NCBI RefSeq assembly: GCF_964355755.1
Contig: NC_092674.1
Location: 24,118,001 to 24,182,000 of the forward strand
DNA length: 64,000 nt
DNA from: Antedon mediterranea
Taxonomy: Eukaryota; Animalia; Echinodermata
Direction of reading: 5' to 3'
Each line of letters begins with the position of its first letter. Position 1 is the first letter of the stretch. The notes below the pieces were generated by a model. The model had not been told where the DNA came from. It did not search any database and worked only from the letters and a program-made list of their open reading frames with translations. Positions 56,901 to 64,000 of the stretch are shown in pieces. The position numbers were made by a program, and so were the translations under genes.

Positions 56901-57890
56901 ATCAAACATAAAACATTGTGAAATACAACAATATAAGAAAACATAATGACAGATGAAAAGGAAACACATAAAAACTCAAAAGAGCTTGATAAGTTAGTTA
57001 TGAATTATCATTCAGTAAGAAAACGAAATTTGTGAAGGGAAGCTTAAAAGTTCTGTCTAATATTCCTGTTCGAATGGTGGAAAAATGATTAAGTTTATTT
57101 CGCTTTATTAAGCCTATTTATTTCAATCACCCTACTGTAAAAAAACATCAATCGAATTTTGCCAAATCTTGTACAGTATTTGACAATTTTAAGGGAAATT
57201 CATTTTTTCGTCGTGATTTATATTACAAATATTTGATTTATGTACAATTAACCAGGTATTATATTTAGAAATGCCTGTACCTGAGCTCTAAGACTAGACA
57301 ACAGACCTGACTAATAGCCTAATTGAAACTTAAAATTTCTAGTGGAATTTCAACTATACTTTTTATTCAAATTAACACATCTGGCCAACACTGCGTACTT
57401 TCAGTGGTTCTTCACCAGGTGACTTTCTAGAATAAAACATAAAAGTTTAAACCTGAAGACCCCTTATTTATTGTTTTTTATTCATTTATTTGTTTTCAGT
57501 CTCATCGGCATTCTATGCTTTATTATCGATCAAACCAATTACCTGTTGCTATCCGAAATGTGATTTTGTAAGCGATAGTGTCATTCGAGTGTAGATCTAT
57601 GTGGGTCTGACTCTCTGGCAACTCCACTTTTGTTTGACCTTCTCTATGATCCAGGGGAGCGTAATAACTTGGTGGAATTTATCCGAATACAGGTCCATCA
57701 TACTGGAAATGGAAAAACTATGGATAATTGAAACTGAAAAATTTGAGATAAGAAAAAGCGTACCAGGTTCTGATGTTATAGTATTCAATTTTGTTGTGAT
57801 CCTGGATGTGAAACATACCCCGAATGCTGTAGCTGTCCATCAAATTACACAATTGAAATGTTTCCATTAAAGGAGAATTGTAACCTTTAA
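53920..57890 (+). pseudogene. Arylsulfatase A-like unprocessed pseudogene (tandem duplicate)
   Basis: Three exon remnants. 53920-54086 is nearly identical to 59036-59208 but has an 8-bp deletion that leads to TGA, and no signal peptide is evident. 55564-56205 reads ASLLTGRY...GKWHPG...HGFDEYFGIP...FTSDNG across several frameshifts. About 57500-57890 reads SHRHSMLYYRS..VAIR, PLLFDLLYDPGERNNL and FCCDPGCETYPECCSCP in different frames. The middle exons (GKxTxxEGG region) were not recognised. Confidence 0.85.
54891..55437. mobile_element. Ginger-like foldback MITE (TGT...ACA, 5-bp TSD)
   Basis: Long imperfect TIRs TGTTGAGCCGTGAAATGTGCAAAAAGTCAC. TSD GACCT at 54886-54890 and 55438-55442. Confidence 0.75.
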
Positions 57891-58194
57891 CCCTTAGCGC
57901 TAAGCAAAATTGTGCAGGACAGAAGAAACACGTTGTTAATTATTATTTATTTTCTGATGAAAAAGTTAGTTTACAATTGTAAAATTTCCCCAATAAAACA
58001 CCAACAAAACATTGTGTAAATAGAAACGAGAATCTTTTATTAGTTTTACAAAAAAGGAAATTACATGGCTACTGTAAAATTAAATCATTTTATCAACATC
58101 AAAGGTCAATAAAGGTCCCAACATGGAAATTAAATATTGTAAGAATTAATTGGAACTTAGCTCCTGCTTCGATATAATACTGTCAAAATGTTTA

Positions 58195-58369
58195 TTAGTC
58201 GCGTGCAAACTCGACTCTACAGCTCACTATGTCGGTCGGTCGGTTGGTTGGTCGGTCGGTCGGTTGATCGGTCGGTTGGTCGGTCGGTCGGTCGGTTGGT
58301 CAGTCGATCGATCGGTAAACACTAACTCATATGTTAGCACGCGACTGCAGCCACGTATATGGCATTGTT
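58195..58369 (+). mobile_element. Mini HINE/DINE-1-like element with (GGTC)n microsatellite
   Basis: 5' subTIR AGTCGCGTGC with a partial palindrome, internal GGTC/GGTT repeat, 3' subTIR GCACGCGACT (58337-58346), small hairpin GCCA-cgtata-TGGC, TT flanks. Confidence 0.7.
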
Positions 58370-58960
58370 GTATTATGTATTATTATATAGGAACCGTATA
58401 TCTACCCGCATTTATATATTCACTTTGTATAACGTCTACCGGTTACCAGTTTATTTTATTATAATTATTTAATCAGAATTGGAAATACAATGGAGGTCGT
58501 ATGCAATTATTGTTATAGTATTATCGAGAGAGTGAAGGTATATGGTACTATCAATATTACGATATTATATTGAGTGCATGTCATTTATTATTATTATAAA
58601 GAGAACTTACAGCCGGTAAGAGGTGCTAAAATATTGTTGTTAGACCACTCTCTTAAGTGGTTAATTTTTGTTTACCTGTTCGGACAGAAAAAAAAAAGTT
58701 TGTGACGTTACTTTCAGAAACGCTGTTGTATAACCATGGTTGATATTTAGAACAACTATATTAGCGGTTTTTTAGAAGTACCAGGTAAGTCGATAAATTG
58801 AAATTAAGTATATTTTTAGTATTAAATTATTTTAGGTTTCTAAATGTATATAAAGTTTATGATGACAAAAATCTGGAATTCAAAATATAAGAAACAAATG
58901 TTCTCCGCTCTAAGTCGACAAAACATTAAACAATGTACACATTTTTCTGTAGGTGCAGCC

Positions 58961-59208
58961 ATGTTTGTAGTAAGAGAAAGTGAATTTGTCGCGTTTTATT
59001 TGCTTTTATTATGCTCAATTGGACTCTGTCACCAAAGGTCCATCAACAGACCGAATTTTGTTATTTTCCTCGCTGACGACATGGGCTTCGGTGATCTTCA
59101 ATCGTATGGTAACGCAATATCAACAACACCAAACATTGACGCCTTAGAAAAACATGGACTGAAGTTTACACAATTCTATAGCGGGGCACCGATGTGTAGT
59201 CCTGCAAG
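58961..59208 (+). CDS. Arylsulfatase A-like sulfatase, first coding exon (gene presumably continues beyond the window)
   Basis: Acceptor at 58951-58952, GCCATG start, hydrophobic signal peptide, RPNFVIFLADDMGFGDL, TPNID, and the formylglycine motif CSPAR ending at a phase-2 donor. A probable 5' UTR exon donor CCAG|GTAAGT lies at 58784. Confidence 0.85.
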
Positions 59209-59934
59209 GTACCGTATAACTTTGTTTTGAAATAGTCTAATCATTTTCAACTTTGATAAAAATGGCTATTAACTTATATTGATTCATACTTTTCATTCCT
59301 GTGTGTTGTTTTGTATCTGGAAACACAAAATTAATATTAAAAAAAGAGAGAAATTATGTACTAATTTGTGGAACATTTTTCAACTTTACTATTCATGACT
59401 TCACACACGTGATCTGAAAGACATCCATCTTCCCACGGACTTTGCAGTGTACACTCGTCGCCTGTATTTGAATTCAAAAGCCTTAGTCCTTGTTGTCTTC
59501 CTTAGGCCATGTTTTGTATTCAAACTTAGACCTTTTGAATCTGAAAAGCAATGATAATAATAATAATTCAACATTTATTAGTTGCTATTAATGGTAAAGC
59601 AATAGGACTACAATAAAAAGAGTGGTTATTTATAATAAGAATACAAAAATACCATTAATAGAGGATCTTGCAAGAAGAGATTTCTTGTCACGCATGACCC
59701 ATAAACGAAAAAAAACAAATACATTTGATATATATATATATATATGTATATATAAACAGAAGAGGCAAAGAACATTAATTCTAAACCGCCCGGTGATATA
59801 CTGAAATTTAATTAATTAATTTGAAACGATAAAGATATATATATATATAAATATATAAACAAATCAGGCAAAGAACATTAATTATATATATATTTAAAAA
59901 GGCAGGAGGTCAAATTTCTGTGCAATATATATAT

Positions 59935-60800
59935 CCCAGTGGGCAAAAATTGGTTGAATTAACGTTAATTCAACGTTATCTGCAAACGTTGAAATAACGT
60001 TGAAAAAGTGGTTGAAAATGAAAGTTTGCCTCAACGTAAATGTCAACGTTGAATCAACATAGAAATTATCAACGTTGAAACAACATTAAACTAAGTAACG
60101 TTGAAATAACGTTGAAAAAATGGTTGAAAATGAAAGTTTGCCTCAACGTAAATGTCAACGTTGAATCAACATAGAAATTATCAACGTTGAAACAACGTTA
60201 AAATAGGTAACGTTGAAATAACGTTGAAAAAATGGTTGAAAATGAAAGTTTGCCTCAACGTAAATGTCAACGTTGAATCAACATAGAAATTATCAACGTT
60301 GAAACAACGTTAAAATAGGTAACGTTGAAATAACGTTGAAAAAATGGTTGAAAATGAAAGTTTGCCTCAACGTAAATGTCAACGTTGAATCAACATAGAA
60401 ATTATCAACGTTGAAACAACGTTAAAATAGGTAACGTTGAAATAACGTTGAAAATGAAAGTTTGCCTCAACGTAAATGTCAACGTTGAATCAACATAGAA
60501 ATTATCAACGTTGAAACAACGTTAAAATAAGTAACGTTGAAATAACGTTGAAAAAATGGTTGAAAATGAAAGTTTGCCTCAACAAAAATGTCAACGTTGA
60601 TTCAACATAGATTATCAACGTTGAAACAACGTAAACATGTCTACGTTGAAATTATCAATGTTGATTCAATGTTGAAATTATTAACGTTGAAACAACGTAA
60701 ATATTAAGTTGAAATGAAAATTTGCATCAATGTAAATTTAAACATAGATTTAACGTTGAAATTTGATTTGTTGAATTACTATATCCAATTTGAATCAACG
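59935..60800 (+). mobile_element. Left end of a putative CACTA/EnSpm-like element with a subterminal 112-bp tandem array
   Basis: Starts CCCAGTGGGCA after a (TA)n run. AACGTT-rich units start at 59985, 60097, 60209, 60321, 60433 and 60533. The array is certain. The superfamily is inferred, and no right end was seen. Confidence 0.55.
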
Positions 60801-61794
60801 GTTTTAAAGTAGTTAGTAGTAAAGTTACTGTTACGTCGCAGAATCCATCAATAGAGACATTTTATAAATACTGTATATCTTACTAATCTTTAATTTCTAT
60901 AAAAACATAAATAACATTTAATCAGGTGTTATCAAATCATCAGGCAAAATCCAAGCAACAATCAAATAATGTACATCCTCACTGACAGTTCTCAGGTACC
61001 AATGTTAGGTATAAAAAATATACTAATAACCAGTTTGTAATATGTTTGCCAACTAACATGATTGAATAACTATAAATATTGGCTGATTACAGTAAAACAC
61101 AATAAATAAAACACACGTCACAGGTGCCTTGTGCTAATGCTGCAGAAGTCCAAATGATGGCAATAACACAATACTGTAATTGCATTGTTCCGATTAGTCA
61201 ATAAACAGTTGCCTCGATTCCTGTGTTGACATTGTCCTATGCTTTCCAAAAGTGTGGCAATATTATTTTTCCAAACCTGAAACAAATTCAATCAAGTTAC
61301 TGTAGTTTTAAACAAAAATAATACAGTAAAAAATTAATTGTTGAAAGATTTATTGTCCCCAAAAAACATGAACAATGAAGATTAATACAATCATACTTTG
61401 AATACCTTGCCATTTTGCAATTTTAACAATTTAGATATTCACTTGCCGTAGAAAATAAACAAAAACAATAAAGATTTCACTTAACAAAAATACAAAATAA
61501 ACAGTACATTTAACCAAAAACCAATTGTTTGTTTAAATTGTCCCCCTTTTAAGGTACAAATGCATTTTTTAAAATCTAATTTTTGGTCAAACTGAACAAC
61601 TCTATAGTGACGGCATATTCAACAAAACATTTTAAAAAAAATTGTTCAGTTCAATTATATCTTTAACACATTGTTCAAAAATCATACTGTACATAAAAAA
61701 AAATTCAATTCAGAACATCATTTCACACTTACACGTAAAATATGCAATCAATTCAATTCATGTAAATAATATTGCAACACTGTATTAATATTTA

Positions 61795-62781
61795 CGCCAT
61801 GGTTAGGATTCTGGCACCGAAACTCAACTGCCCAGCGTTAGGGAATCCGACACACTATTGCGCATGCCCAGAGCAAGGTAATCGGCGACTCTATTTTTGT
61901 CTACAACAGACCAAAGCGTGGTTCCCACTAGCGACGCAACACAAGGACGTAACGCAACGCAAGTAAATTGACCAATCACAAGCGATGGCTTATTCGCTTG
62001 TGATTGTTAACTGTCTATAACTTCGCTTGTCATTGGTTAAAACGCTTGCGTTGCGTTTACGTCCTTGCGTTACGTTCTAGTGGGAACCAAGCTTTACAGC
62101 GATGGATCATTTTAATAGCTGCGCCACGGCGAACTAGCCGGCCTACATGCCTACTAATACTAGTAGGCCTACAAGCTAGATGTGACCATTGGACCTATTT
62201 ATTTCGTAATTAAATTTGCTGCTTCATTCATATATAAACTTTATATATTTATGAATTATAATTGCATGACTAGTTTTAATTTTTATGATTTTTCAAGTAC
62301 AAAATAAAAGATTTCATATAATGCATTTATACTGTACATAACATCATTTGATTTGAAGTTGATTTGTTGACAGCAGCCGCCGTGCGGATGTGAAAAAAAA
62401 AAAAACAGAACTGTTCGGGAGAAGTCGGTGTCGCAACGCTACGCTATTCATTTTCGTACATTTCTTGAAATACGCAAGCTGATTCTTATCGATATCATAA
62501 TAATTATTTTAACGCTTGGCGTAATTATTAATTCATGTATGGCCTAGGCCAAGTTTCATCCATCGCTCTCTCCCCCGCGCGACGACTAACTAGGCCACAG
62601 CAAAGATATCTTTGGCTACACAGTACATCCCTAGTTAACACTCCGACTCTCGGGTAATGTGGTGCGCGGTCTGTGGCACTAGTGCAAGCTATAATTACTT
62701 CGCTCTGGGCATGCGCAATAGCGTGTCGGATTCCCTAACGATGGGAAGTTGAGTTGCGGTGCCGGAATCCTAATCACGGCG
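61795..62781. mobile_element. Non-autonomous DNA transposon with about 90-bp TIRs and TA flanks (Tc1/mariner-like)
   Basis: 61795-61881 is the imperfect reverse complement of 62694-62781 (TAGGATT...GTTAGGGAATCCGACAC.CTATTGCGCATGCCCAGAGC). TA lies on both sides. Confidence 0.7.
61914..62094. mobile_element. MITE family B nested in a larger TIR element
   Basis: Near-identical to the reverse complement of 22421-22604. Confidence 0.8.
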
Positions 62782-64000
62782 TAATATTTATTCAATTCAA
62801 TATTAAAGTTAAGAACTATAAATACCAACCTTTTGTATATAAAAATATTGATCATCCATTAGATTTTTCTCGTTTGATTCACATAGAAAAGATTATAGGC
62901 CTACATGTACTTCATTATTTTGTACTCTAGCTAGGCATAGGCCTAAGGGCCTTATTAGCTAGGCCTACAATCTGAAATAAAGAAAGCGAGTAAGTTTAAC
63001 AAATAGCCGTCCTAGGCTAGCAGCATGTGTTTTAGCAGCTACTGTAGACAGCCTAGCAGAAAGCTAGCTAGGCCAACTAATTATATATTATGTTATATTT
63101 ATGTATACTTTTGGATAAATAAAGAAAGTATTGAACTAAAAGGCCTAATTGTAATGGTTTACAGCCGAAACGGCCGCCGACTGAAACGGCCGCCAATTAA
63201 AAAACAATTGAATGTATGAAACTCTGCGTGTGCCGTTTGTCATACAACGTGTAATCAAAACGACGTGGGGTTTAATACAATTGTTTTACTTTTTTTTCCG
63301 ATTGAAATGACTTTAGACGTATGTGACTTAATAAATATTAACAGATAGGCCTAGATGTTTTTAATTATTATTTTTATTTTACATTACATTAAATATATTA
63401 ATTATTATTAAAAACGGCCGCCGACTGTTTTGCCTATTTCAACTTCAATAATTGATATAAGAGTAGGCCTATTTGTTTGAATACGTTAAATAAATTTAGA
63501 ATGGTGAATTATTATAATAAACATTATTTTAATAAAAACTTAACTAAAAAATATGTTTAACAGTTTATTCTTTGATTTTATTCTTAAACATATATTGGTT
63601 GGTTTCATTTATTTGTCCCTCCATCGTGGTTTCATAGGCTTTACTGTACGTTTATAATACTGCATTGGCTTGTTGAAGCTTCAGCGGTATTGATAGTTGA
63701 TAGTTGATAACTTTATTTCGTCCACATAGGAAAATATTTTGAGTGCTTTTCACAAAATTGTACAAAAATATATAAAAACGTTTCATATAAAAAAAAATTA
63801 ATTACAATATTTAAAAACACTATATATTATTTAACAATGTACAAGTATGAACATAAGACTACAATTAACTAAATAAAAAATAAAAAGCTGCAATACATCA
63901 AAAATTTCAAAAATTATGCAAAATCATTTAACAGTCTAATAGAATACGGAACAAAAGAATTAAAATATCGCATAACCCTACTATTGCACGATCTCAGCAC

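Noticed and set aside
57601-57870. 89-aa ORF as an independent gene
   Set aside because: It crosses frameshifted pieces of the arylsulfatase pseudogene last exon.

Overview
AT-rich eukaryotic (animal, probably invertebrate) genomic DNA with four intron-rich loci, all on the + strand. (1) The 3' part of a syntaxin-binding protein 4 / Synip-like gene (PDZ-PDZ-EF-like-coiled coil-WW; 38-9867, start upstream of the window). (2) A complete SLC6 Na+/Cl- dependent transporter gene (about 691 aa; 14603-31616) with atypical Na2-site and extracellular-gate residues. (3) A complete ISWI/SMARCA5 chromatin remodeller gene (19 coding exons, about 1013 aa; 33874-51451). (4) A frameshifted arylsulfatase A-like pseudogene (53920-57890) directly upstream of the first coding exon of an apparently intact paralogue (58961-59208). 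Introns carry many non-autonomous elements: two abundant Harbinger-like MITE families, hAT-, Ginger- and Tc1-like MITEs, nested Helentron-type (HINE) elements, a CACTA-like end with a 112-bp array, and several minisatellites. The most notable observations are a 5S-rRNA-headed SINE that shares a Deu/Nin-type core with tRNA-headed SINEs nearby (head and tail swapping), a hammerhead ribozyme core in an STXBP4 intron, a HINE nested in a HINE next to a SMARCA5 splice acceptor, and a minisatellite that begins in the last codons of STXBP4. Exon boundaries were read by eye (GT-AG plus frame continuity). Family assignments are from recalled motifs, not database searches.
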